This document shows positions 45,330 through 55,565 of a DNA stretch of 64,000 bases, piece after piece. Each line of letters starts with the position of its first letter. Within the stretch, counting starts at the first letter, position 1. The stretch comes from a virus. Its lineage: Duplodnaviria > Caudoviricetes. The notes beneath the pieces were generated by a model that saw only the letters and a list, made by a program, of their open reading frames with translations, was not told where the DNA came from and did not search any database. The stretch spans positions 1-64,000 of the IMG/VR virus record IMGVR_UViG_3300048881_000698; one strand, written 5' to 3'. Both the position numbers and the translations under genes were made by a program.

Positions 45330-45808
45330 TAGATCAACCCCGTGCTGCCAAACCCGCCTGCGCCGCGATCTGTTTCCACCTCAGAAGGATCGTCCCACAC
45401 CTCTTCTATTTGACACGATACAATCGGTACTAGAACTGCTTGTGCAATTTTTTGCCCGGGCTCTATTGTTCTAGTCGAACCGCCAATATTGTGAAGATTA
45501 ATATATACCTCTCCAGTATAGCCAGGATCGACAACGCAGGCACCAACAATCAACTTTTTCTTATGAGCAATGCCAGACTTATTTTTAATTTCTAACATAT
45601 GTTCGGTCGGCACCTCTACACGAAGTCCTGTTGGAACCAGGCAAGATGCTCCTGGCGGAATTTTATACACTCCTTCCGGCCTCCAATAACAATCAGACTC
45701 CGGATCCGGATTCGGGCAATAAAACAAGTCCAGCCCTGCATCAGTCGAATGTGCTCGAACAGGCATTTTTGCTGCTGGCCTGATTTTATAAAATTTAAGT
45801 TTCATCAT
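45329..45808 (-). CDS. dut: dUTPase (trimeric)
   Basis: AGLDL, KSG, VVDPGYTGE, IAQ, RGAGGFGSTG. Confidence 0.95.
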   Translation of the reverse strand: MMKLKFYKIRPAAKMPVRAHSTDAGLDLFYCPNPDPESDCYWRPEGVYKIPPGASCLVPTGLRVEVPTEHMLEIKNKSGIAHKKKLIVGACVVDPGYTGEVYINLHNIGGSTRTIEPGQKIAQAVLVPIVSCQIEEVWDDPSEVETDRGAGGFGSTGLI

Positions 45809-45826
45809 AACTCCTTTTTGTCAAAA

Positions 45827-48800
45827 CTATCCTATTATCCTAAAACTACGGCGCAGAGAGCGAGTAGAGAATCCCCAATTTTCATCATAATCAAGTCTTC
45901 CCATGTATGGTCGGTTGATATAAACTTTATCACCGTCTCTTGGCGCCCAATACTTTATTTGCGTCAACATATTGTTCGAATCAACAACATCTATAACCCA
46001 ATAATCTTTTCCATTCTTTGTTTTTCTTTTTGCAACTTTTCTCGGTATGAACCACACCAATTCTAAATCTGGGTCATGATCTGAAATTGGCGGTATATAC
46101 AATTCTTCTAGTTTCTGTCTCACTTCTTCTTTCAAAACCAAGTGCATGGGAAACAATCCCGTAAGCTCTGACAAGTGAACAATCTTTTCTTCGACTGAGA
46201 ACTCTTTTTCATTCTTGTACTCTTCTATATTCTCCAGAAACTTTTTTGAATTTTTGGGACGATCCACAATAGCTGCTGACCAGAAGTGTTTCATTCCTAA
46301 AAACCTTTCGTCAGCAAGTTTATCCAAAGCGCCTGCCCTGCACATAACATCTAAAGCCTTTTTGTTGAGTTTACTATAAACTATTTCCTCGTGAAACAAT
46401 AAGTCCTCAATTATTTTAAAAGGTCTGTGCGCTAGTATCTGCTCAATAGCTTTGTCGCCTAATCCTTTAATTGCTGTCAAAGGTTGGATAAGGGTCTTGC
46501 CGTCTTGTGAAATTTCCCAAACTTCTCCAGAAGTATTAATATTCACCGGTTCGATTTTAAAGCCCATAGACTTGGCAATATTGACTGCGCGTTCTTTCCT
46601 CGATTCTGGTTCCTTATCGAGGAAGGCGGCCATCCACTCTGCGGGGTAGTAGTTGAACAACCACGCACACTGATAGCTGAGAACACTATAACTAACTGCG
46701 TGAGATTTATTAAACCCATACCCTGAAAAGTATTCAAATGTTTGCCACAATCTATCTGCTTGAGCCCTGGTTAGTTTTTTGTTCTCACATCCTCTAACAA
46801 ACTTTTGATAAATCTTATTTTTCTTTTCTTCGTGACTACCAGTTCCTTTCTTTGTCAAAAGTTTTCTTAGAGCATTGCCCTCATCTAAAGAAACGTTGTC
46901 TCCTAGTACATGAGCCAGTAACGCAATCTGTTCCTGAAAAATTAAGAACCCATATGTTTCTTTCGTCACATCCTTAACGAACTTATTAATATAGTGAATG
47001 TCTCGCGGGTTATTCTTAGCATCAACATAGTGCTGATCAACTTTGGCGCTTAGCGGGCCCGGGCGGTAGATTGAAGTAATCGCCGCAATGTCGATGATGC
47101 TTTTTGGTTTCGCTCTAACGCAGAAGCTTTGCGCTCCGGATTCCGTGAACTGAAAGACTCCAGCCCACTTGCCCTTGTGAAAAACGTTTTTGTACACTTT
47201 TTGATCATTAAGATTGATCTTGTCCGGATGCAAGCGTTCGTTGTAAAACTGTTTGACGTCCTCGAACGTAGGTTCACTTACGTTGTGGTGGCGTTTAAGA
47301 ACATGTCGAATTGCATCTTCGATCATTCGCAAGGAAGCCAGTCCTAAAATATCAAACTTGATAAAGCCAAGCGGTTCTAAATGTCTAACGTTCTGACCTT
47401 CGCTCCACGGAGTTTGTTTCACACCTCCGCTATTGATCAAGGGCATCCACTTGTCGAGGTCCTCACCTATAACTACTCCACCAGCATGTCTTGATATACT
47501 TCTAACCTGGCCCAATAGAGCATCGATGTGTGTTTTAATTTGAGGGTATTTAACAAGAAAGGACTTGAGGCTTTCAGAATACTCCATCACTTCATCAAAG
47601 GTAGGAACGTATACACCAGCCTTGATCCCGTGCGCTTTCTTAGCAATAGGGGTGGCTTCAGCTATCATCCTGCCAGTAACGTTGTTCACTTCTATAAAAG
47701 GAACGTCGTAAAACTTTGCGATGTCTTTGACTAGAGATCGAAGTTGTAGTGTATTATAATTTGAAATGGGAACCACTGTAGTTTCTCCCCATTCATCAAT
47801 CAGCATCTCCTTTACTTGCATCGGATCGGATACATCATAGTCAATATCTGGGTAGTCCACCGCATCTCTTCTCAAAAATCGAGAAAACAGCAAGCCATAC
47901 TTGATAGGATCAATTTGCGTAATACCAAGTACGTATGCAACTAAGGAACCTGCGGCTGAACCTCTGCCAGGACCGGTCAGCTGAATTGAACTTGACTTGT
48001 CTGCAATGGCGTGCATCGTCAAGAAGTACTTTGCGAAGCCGCGGTCCCGAATAACACATAATTCTTCTTTCAGTCTATCAACATACTCATCTTTCTTCTC
48101 GAGTTCCTTTTCCTTTAGGCCCTTGAGGCAGTGCTCTGTCAACGTCTGAACATCGCTCTTTCCTTTTGGCACAATAAACTTCGGGAGACGTACTTCATTG
48201 TCCGGCATGAAATCTTCAATTCTATCATGAGCAATGTATGCCGTTCTTTCAATAGACTCCTTTATAAGGTTATCATCGTAATCTATCTTCAGATCATCTG
48301 AATACTTGTGGTACGATTCCCACATTTGCTCGCCGTTTTTCGGGTATAGCTCATACCCAATCTCTTCCACATCTATTGGCAAGTCAGAGGACATCCACTC
48401 CGGAAGGCCTCCTTTGCCCATCCAACCGATTCTTTTGTATAACTCACGATCCTTCCAAGCATCTGGATTTGGGTAATGGCTATCGGCTGTTGAAATAAGT
48501 TTTACGTCGTACTCTTTGCAGACTTGAATTATGTGTTGGTTGAGTTCGTGCTGCTCCGGAATGTTGTTCCACTGCAACTCTCCATACCACCGATCTCCAA
48601 AAATGGATTGCATGCGCTCAGTGGTCTGGCGCATGGCATCTAAAACAGCAGCAGCCCCGCCATCCCTATGGTCCCAATAATTGCCAGCATACACACCGCC
48701 AAGACAAGCACTGGTAGCAAGTACTCCACTACTGCAACTCTCAAGAAGATCATAATCAAGACGAGGGTACCGATAAAAGTTTTCATTTTTGTAGCTCTCC

Positions 48801-49234
48801 GATATGAGCTTAAATATGTTGTTCAACCCCGTTTGGTTCTGCGCGAGAAGGATCAGGTGGTTCCTTTTCTTGAGGATATCCTTCATTTTTTGCTTAGAAG
48901 CTTTTTCATCTTCGATACTTAGAGAGATGTCATTTTTTTTTATTTTTTTCTCATTTTTTGCCTTTTCATACTCTTCTCGCCACATTTCGAGGGAAGGTAA
49001 GAAATATGCTTCTACACCAAAAATTGGCTTGAAGTTCTTGCCGTCAGCCATCATTTTCCTCGCATGTAGCACTTGATGGGGTAAACCATTCATGTGACCA
49101 TGATCGGTCAATGCAAGGGCATCTCCGCCGTTCTCATAGGCAAAGGTCATATGGTCTTGCGGGTAACCCAGACCATCGTTAAGGCTTAAGCCGCTATGTG
49201 CGTGCAAGCCAGCAAAAGATATTTTTTTAGGCAT
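45827..49234 (-). CDS. dnaE: DNA polymerase III alpha subunit
   Basis: PHP domain (LHAHS, LTDHG), GRGSAAGS, PDIDYD, HAGGV, KFDILGL, YGFNKSH. Confidence 0.97.
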   Translation of the reverse strand: MPKKISFAGLHAHSGLSLNDGLGYPQDHMTFAYENGGDALALTDHGHMNGLPHQVLHARKMMADGKNFKPIFGVEAYFLPSLEMWREEYEKAKNEKKIKKNDISLSIEDEKASKQKMKDILKKRNHLILLAQNQTGLNNIFKLISESYKNENFYRYPRLDYDLLESCSSGVLATSACLGGVYAGNYWDHRDGGAAAVLDAMRQTTERMQSIFGDRWYGELQWNNIPEQHELNQHIIQVCKEYDVKLISTADSHYPNPDAWKDRELYKRIGWMGKGGLPEWMSSDLPIDVEEIGYELYPKNGEQMWESYHKYSDDLKIDYDDNLIKESIERTAYIAHDRIEDFMPDNEVRLPKFIVPKGKSDVQTLTEHCLKGLKEKELEKKDEYVDRLKEELCVIRDRGFAKYFLTMHAIADKSSSIQLTGPGRGSAAGSLVAYVLGITQIDPIKYGLLFSRFLRRDAVDYPDIDYDVSDPMQVKEMLIDEWGETTVVPISNYNTLQLRSLVKDIAKFYDVPFIEVNNVTGRMIAEATPIAKKAHGIKAGVYVPTFDEVMEYSESLKSFLVKYPQIKTHIDALLGQVRSISRHAGGVVIGEDLDKWMPLINSGGVKQTPWSEGQNVRHLEPLGFIKFDILGLASLRMIEDAIRHVLKRHHNVSEPTFEDVKQFYNERLHPDKINLNDQKVYKNVFHKGKWAGVFQFTESGAQSFCVRAKPKSIIDIAAITSIYRPGPLSAKVDQHYVDAKNNPRDIHYINKFVKDVTKETYGFLIFQEQIALLAHVLGDNVSLDEGNALRKLLTKKGTGSHEEKKNKIYQKFVRGCENKKLTRAQADRLWQTFEYFSGYGFNKSHAVSYSVLSYQCAWLFNYYPAEWMAAFLDKEPESRKERAVNIAKSMGFKIEPVNINTSGEVWEISQDGKTLIQPLTAIKGLGDKAIEQILAHRPFKIIEDLLFHEEIVYSKLNKKALDVMCRAGALDKLADERFLGMKHFWSAAIVDRPKNSKKFLENIEEYKNEKEFSVEEKIVHLSELTGLFPMHLVLKEEVRQKLEELYIPPISDHDPDLELVWFIPRKVAKRKTKNGKDYWVIDVVDSNNMLTQIKYWAPRDGDKVYINRPYMGRLDYDENWGFSTRSLRRSFRIIG

Positions 49235-49318
49235 TTTTCGTTTCCAAATTTAGTATGTATCTAAGATAACATAACTATTTGTTCTTGTCAAGAAATTTCT
49301 TGCACAATGCCATATTAT

Positions 49319-52084
49319 TTAATTTTCAAGTTTAGCTTCTAATTCTGCAACTTTGGCAGACAATTCTTGGACTGCTTTAATGAGCGGGATTACAAGCTTG
49401 GTATATTCTAGCCGTTGTCTTGTAGTTGCTTCTTCTTCTGACCATGCTGAGAATGTAACACCCATGTTATCTATTACCGACTTAACTTCTTGAGCTAGCA
49501 ATCCGTCCTGAACTGTGACAGGGTCCGGAGGGCGGGGACCGTCTTTGGGCACACCAAACTCATCTGGATAATCGAACTCATTTTTAGATACATACTTTAT
49601 AGGTCTTAGTGCATTGACAAAATCAAGGCCCAAATCAGTATCAGTGATATTTTTCTTCATTCTTTCATCTGAGTCGGTAGATATTGTACCACCGCCACTA
49701 GAAAAATCAAATGTAAGAGAGTTAGCGGCGTCGCCAATTTTTAACAGGTCACTGGCATTCGTAACAACTCCATTTCCGATAGCTATTTGATTGAGGTGAG
49801 TAGCAGTTGTACAATCGGTGTTGTAACCAACCATAACATTCCCAGTGCCAGTTGTGATGGTGTTGCCTGCATTAGCTCCAATAAGAGTGTTGTATGTGGC
49901 AGTGGTTATCATACTTTCACCAGCACTTCGACCTACAGCAGTATTATCATCGCCATCGAGATAATTATCAGCATCGTCGCGATCACCCTGACCAGCATTG
50001 TCTCCGATAAATGTGTTACCTGAGCCTAATTCCATGGCTTCGCCTGCACGATTTCCAACAAGGGTGTTCTTAACTCCGTCAGAGGTAGTATAGAGGCCAT
50101 TAACTCGAAGGCCGGCCATATAGCCGATGCCTATGTTCTTGCCTCTCATGCTCCAATACGAAAATTGACCTACTGCGACGCCAGTGGGTATATCATCTAC
50201 GTTAGCAGTGCCAGCAAAACCATCACCAGGTGTATCCAGCCACAAATATACATCCGCACTGTAAGCCTCAGCTGTTATGGTACTTGCGCATGATCCAGCG
50301 TTAATGGCCGCGGCGAGGCGTGTAGCTACGTCATTGTTGGAATTCGGAGTGTCAATACCAATCCTATTGCCTGTTCCCACAGTGTCAGTATCTGTTTCAA
50401 ACAAGAACGCATGGGCAGTGCCAGCATAATCGTAAAGCGTAAAGCCGTCGTTGGGCGATGAGTTAGTGCCTACGATTGATCCGTGTGCGCTCACTGTAAT
50501 TGTTGCAAAAGCAAAATCACCTATAGTCATACTTGAAAGAGCTTGTGCTCCAATTGCAATATTGTTGTCAGCGCTAATGAGACTCTGGAGTGCGTTTGGG
50601 CCTATGGCAATATTATTATTACCATTTGTTAGATTTTGTAGAGCATTCGCTCCAATGGCAACTGTGCCATCACAAACGGAAACCATGTTTGCTGCACCAG
50701 CGTTGGATCCTATTATAACGGCGTCGTCGACAGTAGTTGTAGCTCCGCCTGCACCTGCCCCAACAAACACATTATCTGTCCCAGTTAAAAGAGCATCGCC
50801 GGCCAAAGAACCAATTGCGGTATTTTTTACATTACCTGTAACGCCTGTTTGGGCAGTTAAAGCTTGATATCCAACGGCTGTATTGTGATCGCCATCATCT
50901 TCTGATTTCAGTGCTTGATATCCAACCGCTGTGTTTTTTTCACCCGATGTAATAGCTGCTCCAGCAAAGGCCCCAACAGCAGTAGTTCCGGCGGCGGCGA
51001 CCGTTCTGGTTGCCGCGGAGGCGCCTAAACCGATTGCAACGTTAGTACCATCAGCCTGCAGAACAGGGGCAGCATTACCTGTTCCATCTTTCGAAACAAT
51101 ATCCAAAATAGTAGGGGCAGAATACCCAGTTTTACCAACAATCGTATTCGACGCGGCTCTGTCAATAGTGAAGTAATCAGTGGCCACAGTAGCCACTGTG
51201 TATACTTCTAGCGCCTCATCGGCACCAGTAGGAAGTGCGACAAGATCACTAGCTGAAAGGCCATGACCAACTGACGTGACCAGTGTTGCATCCAAAATAG
51301 ACGGCGTATCAATAACATAAGTTCCTTGACTCTCTGATGCATCGTGATGATCCGCGACGAATTTAAGTTCGTAAGGAGAGCCAGTAGCAGATGACGCGCT
51401 GGGTCCGCCGGTAGTTAAATTTGACGGTGTCTTAAAATAGCCCGAAACTGCGGTACGAGATGTTGCGGAGGCGGCGGTGATGGGTGGATTGGGGGCTGGG
51501 TCCGCGTTGGGTGGCCAACCGTTGATGTCGACAATGCCGCCGGCGAAAGACATTGCGAAGGTAATCGATGAATCGTCCGCTTGAGCAAAGGGAGCGGTCT
51601 CGGCGACAAAACAACTAAATTTATACCAAGTACTGGCTTGCAAATCTGTAGTATTCGCAGCGTTAGCAACTGCTATGGTTTGCGAAGCATACGAATAACC
51701 AGCGTCTACCGGGTCTTCTGGGTCTTCTGGGTCACAGTCGTCATTCCATGTAAACGTAAGTGTAGAAGGGTTAGGAGTGGTGTTAATCACCCACATAGGT
51801 ACCGCATCGTCACAGGTTGATTCAGTAATAGTAATTGCGCCAGTTTCGAAATTGCCTCCGAGAGTTACAGCTCCGATAGTCCACCCGGCAGAAAAATCAG
51901 TATTGGCCATAGTTTCAGTCGTAATGACAGTACACGGATTGCTAAGAGCAGTACCTCCACGAACGCCTTTAAGGTAGGTTGCGTCGCCTCCTAAGTGTAA
52001 GTCTCCAGCAACTTTCACCTCATCTGCTGTAGTATCGCCAAAAGTTACATCACCTGACGTTCCTGGCCCTGATCTATATCCCAT
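49319..52084 (-). CDS. tail fibre/spike with C-terminal peptidase S74 intramolecular chaperone
   Basis: NTAVG/NIAIG beta-helix repeats; SDERMKKNI...GLLAQEV...LIKAVQEL; late motif at 52112. Confidence 0.85.
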   Translation of the reverse strand: MGYRSGPGTSGDVTFGDTTADEVKVAGDLHLGGDATYLKGVRGGTALSNPCTVITTETMANTDFSAGWTIGAVTLGGNFETGAITITESTCDDAVPMWVINTTPNPSTLTFTWNDDCDPEDPEDPVDAGYSYASQTIAVANAANTTDLQASTWYKFSCFVAETAPFAQADDSSITFAMSFAGGIVDINGWPPNADPAPNPPITAASATSRTAVSGYFKTPSNLTTGGPSASSATGSPYELKFVADHHDASESQGTYVIDTPSILDATLVTSVGHGLSASDLVALPTGADEALEVYTVATVATDYFTIDRAASNTIVGKTGYSAPTILDIVSKDGTGNAAPVLQADGTNVAIGLGASAATRTVAAAGTTAVGAFAGAAITSGEKNTAVGYQALKSEDDGDHNTAVGYQALTAQTGVTGNVKNTAIGSLAGDALLTGTDNVFVGAGAGGATTTVDDAVIIGSNAGAANMVSVCDGTVAIGANALQNLTNGNNNIAIGPNALQSLISADNNIAIGAQALSSMTIGDFAFATITVSAHGSIVGTNSSPNDGFTLYDYAGTAHAFLFETDTDTVGTGNRIGIDTPNSNNDVATRLAAAINAGSCASTITAEAYSADVYLWLDTPGDGFAGTANVDDIPTGVAVGQFSYWSMRGKNIGIGYMAGLRVNGLYTTSDGVKNTLVGNRAGEAMELGSGNTFIGDNAGQGDRDDADNYLDGDDNTAVGRSAGESMITTATYNTLIGANAGNTITTGTGNVMVGYNTDCTTATHLNQIAIGNGVVTNASDLLKIGDAANSLTFDFSSGGGTISTDSDERMKKNITDTDLGLDFVNALRPIKYVSKNEFDYPDEFGVPKDGPRPPDPVTVQDGLLAQEVKSVIDNMGVTFSAWSEEEATTRQRLEYTKLVIPLIKAVQELSAKVAELEAKLEN

Positions 52085-52172
52085 TTTAAATTCTCCTAAA
52101 TTCGATCACTAATAAATAGTCCGACGTCCAAACAAAAGACACAACTAACTAATCAGTGATGTTATATTATTT

Positions 52173-53066
52173 TCACTCTTCGCCGATCTTATTAAACTCA
52201 TGATAAGATAAGATTCCCTTAGATGGTCTTCGAATTTCTTCCTTGTTTTTCGAAGCTAAAAACTCACAATAGCCATCCCAACTATCGATGTTATGGTACC
52301 AGGGAATTTTCGCTAAATACTTGTCTTCTAATTTTAATGGCTCAAAAATTTCGTTCAAAGTAAAAAACCTTGCTGAGTATCTCTGTTCAACTGGATATTT
52401 CTTTCTTGGTAGGCCGTCTTCGTTAAGTTCTGAAGTGAAGAGGCCAGTGGCTTTGTTTCGAAGTTGTTTTCTTAGTTCTAAAAATTCCTCACTGTTAAAT
52501 GTGAATCCTAAATATTCACCATCCTTAACAGTTTTATCGTCGTGAGACAAATAAAATCCTTTTTTACTGGAGATTGTATCTCTATGTTCTCGCAAAAACT
52601 CTACAGGGTAAACGCCATACGGAAAAGCGACATAATATCTATCAGGTGTAACCCATTTACTAATTTGCAGGCCTACGTTATATGAAGACTGTGCGCCATA
52701 TAATATACTCCAAGACAAACAGTCCCTTCTGTCTCTATCTTTTGGATGGACAGGGGCATAAAAGATTGGGACTTGTTTTTTATTTTCTGATGGTCTTATA
52801 TCCTTTATACGAGAAACCCAAACAGGATCGTTAACATAGTCACCCAACCTGTACCTTATTAACGGTTGCATATCATCATGACAAATGATCCAAATTGTTT
52901 CGCAGCCAGCATATGCGCACTCAATAACGGCCCTTTCAATTGCTAAATAATTCGCCGATATAGGCATACAGCAATCATGCCATGGCAAATTAAAATCTAA
53001 TTTTTGACCTGCTACTGGTATTATCCCTGCTAAGTGAAAATAGTTTTTATTCTTCTTTGAATCCAT
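52173..53066 (-). CDS. sugar-nucleotidyltransferase-like (GT-A/NTP-transferase fold), divergent
   Basis: LAGIIPVAG...MPIS...IERAV..CAYAGCETIWI. Confidence 0.6.
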   Translation of the reverse strand: MDSKKNKNYFHLAGIIPVAGQKLDFNLPWHDCCMPISANYLAIERAVIECAYAGCETIWIICHDDMQPLIRYRLGDYVNDPVWVSRIKDIRPSENKKQVPIFYAPVHPKDRDRRDCLSWSILYGAQSSYNVGLQISKWVTPDRYYVAFPYGVYPVEFLREHRDTISSKKGFYLSHDDKTVKDGEYLGFTFNSEEFLELRKQLRNKATGLFTSELNEDGLPRKKYPVEQRYSARFFTLNEIFEPLKLEDKYLAKIPWYHNIDSWDGYCEFLASKNKEEIRRPSKGILSYHEFNKIGEE

Positions 53067-53970
53067 CTTTTAAAATTGTTTTGCTCAATTTAAAACAGTA
53101 GTCATTAACCAAGCAATCTTCGTCACTCACAACTTGTTCATCTGTTCTGTAGTCAAAAATCAAATTTTCTTTATTTTCATACTGATTCAGTAGACGAAGT
53201 TTTCTTAATTCTCTTTTTTTAGGTTTTATGTTTAAGGCATAATATTTATATTGATCTGGGCGCAGGACGTCCCTGCCATTTCTTGCGCCTTTTATTCCTG
53301 CGCGTTTCATCATCTTCAAAATCTTAAACCTGGCCATGGTATCAGAAAAATCATGATCATTCAACTGCTGCTCGTCCAGATAAGAAACGGATACAAGATC
53401 TTTCTTATTTGACTTGCCGTCGATTCTTACAGAGGGATAAAAGTATACTTCTCTAACAAAATCAATTGAAGATTTTAGAAAATCATATGGATGGACCATT
53501 CCAGACTTGACATCAATCCAATCAATAACTTTGTATTTTTTGCCTCCCTTCAATGGCTGGTCTAGGCCAAGAATGTTTTCGTCATCAAAAATTCTTAACT
53601 TGTCAAACTTCATGGAGATAGATTTAAAGTCTTGTGTCATAGCCCTAATAAAATTTTTGTCAACTCTTATGGACGCCGCGCAGGTTGATAACGGCGATAA
53701 GCCTGCTAACGAATGCACAAATAGAAGTCGCTTCCAAAGTTCAGATTTCGATGCGCCTACTTGCTTGTCTTCTTTAAGTCCTTTTAAATTTCTTTCCACA
53801 TTCTTATAAAAGAGGTGAGCCAGTTCCAGGCCGGGTGGAAATGACTCAAAAAAAAACGGGCTTTTAAAAGTGTTAAAAACCAAAGGCTTTGAATTCAAAT
53901 AAGAATATGCCAAGGCGTTTAAACCGCTGCCAACCACCAACTCATCATATTCATACGCATGATTATTCAT
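53047..53970 (-). CDS. hypothetical protein with N-terminal Rossmann-like motif
   Basis: YDELVVGSGLNAL. Confidence 0.55.
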   Translation of the reverse strand: MNNHAYEYDELVVGSGLNALAYSYLNSKPLVFNTFKSPFFFESFPPGLELAHLFYKNVERNLKGLKEDKQVGASKSELWKRLLFVHSLAGLSPLSTCAASIRVDKNFIRAMTQDFKSISMKFDKLRIFDDENILGLDQPLKGGKKYKVIDWIDVKSGMVHPYDFLKSSIDFVREVYFYPSVRIDGKSNKKDLVSVSYLDEQQLNDHDFSDTMARFKILKMMKRAGIKGARNGRDVLRPDQYKYYALNIKPKKRELRKLRLLNQYENKENLIFDYRTDEQVVSDEDCLVNDYCFKLSKTILKDGFKEE

Positions 53971-54487
53971 AAAGCATACACCCGGGCACCTCTTCTTCTT
54001 CGTATTTCCGTAGGAGTTTCACTTCTTTTTTTATCTTCTTTGCATACCTTAAAACTTTTTTAGCGTACGCGACACCTCGTGGATAGGGGCTTTTCCCCTT
54101 ACATCGAAAACCAGCATTATACCCACACAGCGCAGTTTTATACCTTTTTTTACCGTACTTGTGAAACCAATATGCCAGAATTTTAGCACCTCTTCTAATG
54201 CTGATTTCAGGTTCAAAAAGTTGTTGACAAGTTAGTCGCTTGCCAATACTTCTTTTTCTGTCGGTAGACCAACGCGGCATAATTTGAGTTAGACCGCAGG
54301 CGCCGGACCTGCTAACCGCCTTTGGAGACCACCTGCTTTCAACATAGATTAATGCAACAAAAATAGCTGGATCTATTTCACTCTGCTCAGCCGCTTCTAC
54401 TACTGTGTGCATGTGGTAACATGCAAAATCTGCATTTGGCATACCGACTGAAAGTACGGCCATGCAAAGTAATTCTGCTAATGACAT
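53963..54487 (-). CDS. lytic transglycosylase (SLT domain)
   Basis: VESRW.P.AVS..GA.GLTQIMP...YNAG. Confidence 0.9.
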   Translation of the reverse strand: MSLAELLCMAVLSVGMPNADFACYHMHTVVEAAEQSEIDPAIFVALIYVESRWSPKAVSRSGACGLTQIMPRWSTDRKRSIGKRLTCQQLFEPEISIRRGAKILAYWFHKYGKKRYKTALCGYNAGFRCKGKSPYPRGVAYAKKVLRYAKKIKKEVKLLRKYEEEEVPGCMLYE

Positions 54488-54506
54488 TATAACCTCTTTT
54501 TATTTT

Positions 54507-55274
54507 TTAGACTAGTGAATTGTACGAATCTACTAACTTTTTAAGTCTTCGTACGTTTTCTCTCATAATACACCTGTGATGCCAGTAGTATTTTTTAGAT
54601 GCATTCGGAACAGCCAATTTCTTTTTTCTTTCTTCTATCTTCTGTAAAAGCTCCTTAGCCAAAAGTGTTTTCGGAACACTTTCCTTTAGCAATATCTCAT
54701 CTACACTACCCGCATCAAGTTCAAATTCCCAATTTTCATCAAAAAATGGAATTACAAATTTTCTTCCTGCTTTTTCACTATAATAATCTTTCTTCGCTTG
54801 CACATCTTCTACTTCACCTTCTCCATGTTCGTGAGTTCCAACCAGCACAACATCCCTTGCGTCCTGTACTTGGCCGTTTTCAAGATATTGAAATACCATC
54901 TTGACGTCGTTTTCTTCGCTTTCAGGTTTAGACCCCCAAATCACAGCATCTTGGCCATATTGTTGACCTAGCTCTACAACATTAGACTTGCTCATGTTGG
55001 GTACCAAAAAGGATCTTTCGAAGTTACCAAACTTTCCTTTAATTTTTATGGGACCATAGCCAGCGGTCTTTAAATCTCTGAACAACTCCTTGTTTCGCTG
55101 GTTATTTTCATCACGGGGCAATTGTTCTGAATTAGGATTCCAGGCCGTCATGATTCCCACTTCATCAACTTGCGGCACCATACCTAAAAGCATTCTGTGT
55201 ACTCTCAAAAACCCACCTTCATTTAATTGTCGTTTGACCATCTTTCTTATAAGATGTTTCGTTTTTTTATTCAT
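54507..55274 (-). CDS. DUF3293-like protein with tag-like N-terminus
   Basis: IMTAWNP...N..RN..L...ERSF...YGQDAV. Confidence 0.6.
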   Translation of the reverse strand: MNKKTKHLIRKMVKRQLNEGGFLRVHRMLLGMVPQVDEVGIMTAWNPNSEQLPRDENNQRNKELFRDLKTAGYGPIKIKGKFGNFERSFLVPNMSKSNVVELGQQYGQDAVIWGSKPESEENDVKMVFQYLENGQVQDARDVVLVGTHEHGEGEVEDVQAKKDYYSEKAGRKFVIPFFDENWEFELDAGSVDEILLKESVPKTLLAKELLQKIEERKKKLAVPNASKKYYWHHRCIMRENVRRLKKLVDSYNSLV

Positions 55275-55555
55275 CTATTAGTTAAAACTCCGTAAACATA
55301 GTTCTCTAATACTAAATAGAACTCATTTTCGCCAATTTCAAATTTTTGAACCATAGAATTTTCAACTATAATTTTGTCACCCCTACCAATATTAATTGTA
55401 CAAGTAGGCGAACTCTCTAGCACTTTAACAACGGTATAAGATTTTTCTTCTTTTTTATAGGACTCAGGTAAAAGCACATTCGATTTAGGCTCTTCTTGTG
55501 TGCTGTCATCAATTATCTCTACCACAATGTGACGATTTCTTGGACTGATTCTCAT
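55271..55555 (-). CDS. groES: co-chaperonin GroES
   Basis: ISPRNRHIVV...VLLPES...GDKII...LVLENYVYGV. Confidence 0.75.
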   Translation of the reverse strand: MRISPRNRHIVVEIIDDSTQEEPKSNVLLPESYKKEEKSYTVVKVLESSPTCTINIGRGDKIIVENSMVQKFEIGENEFYLVLENYVYGVLTNR

Positions 55556-55565
55556 AATACCTCCT

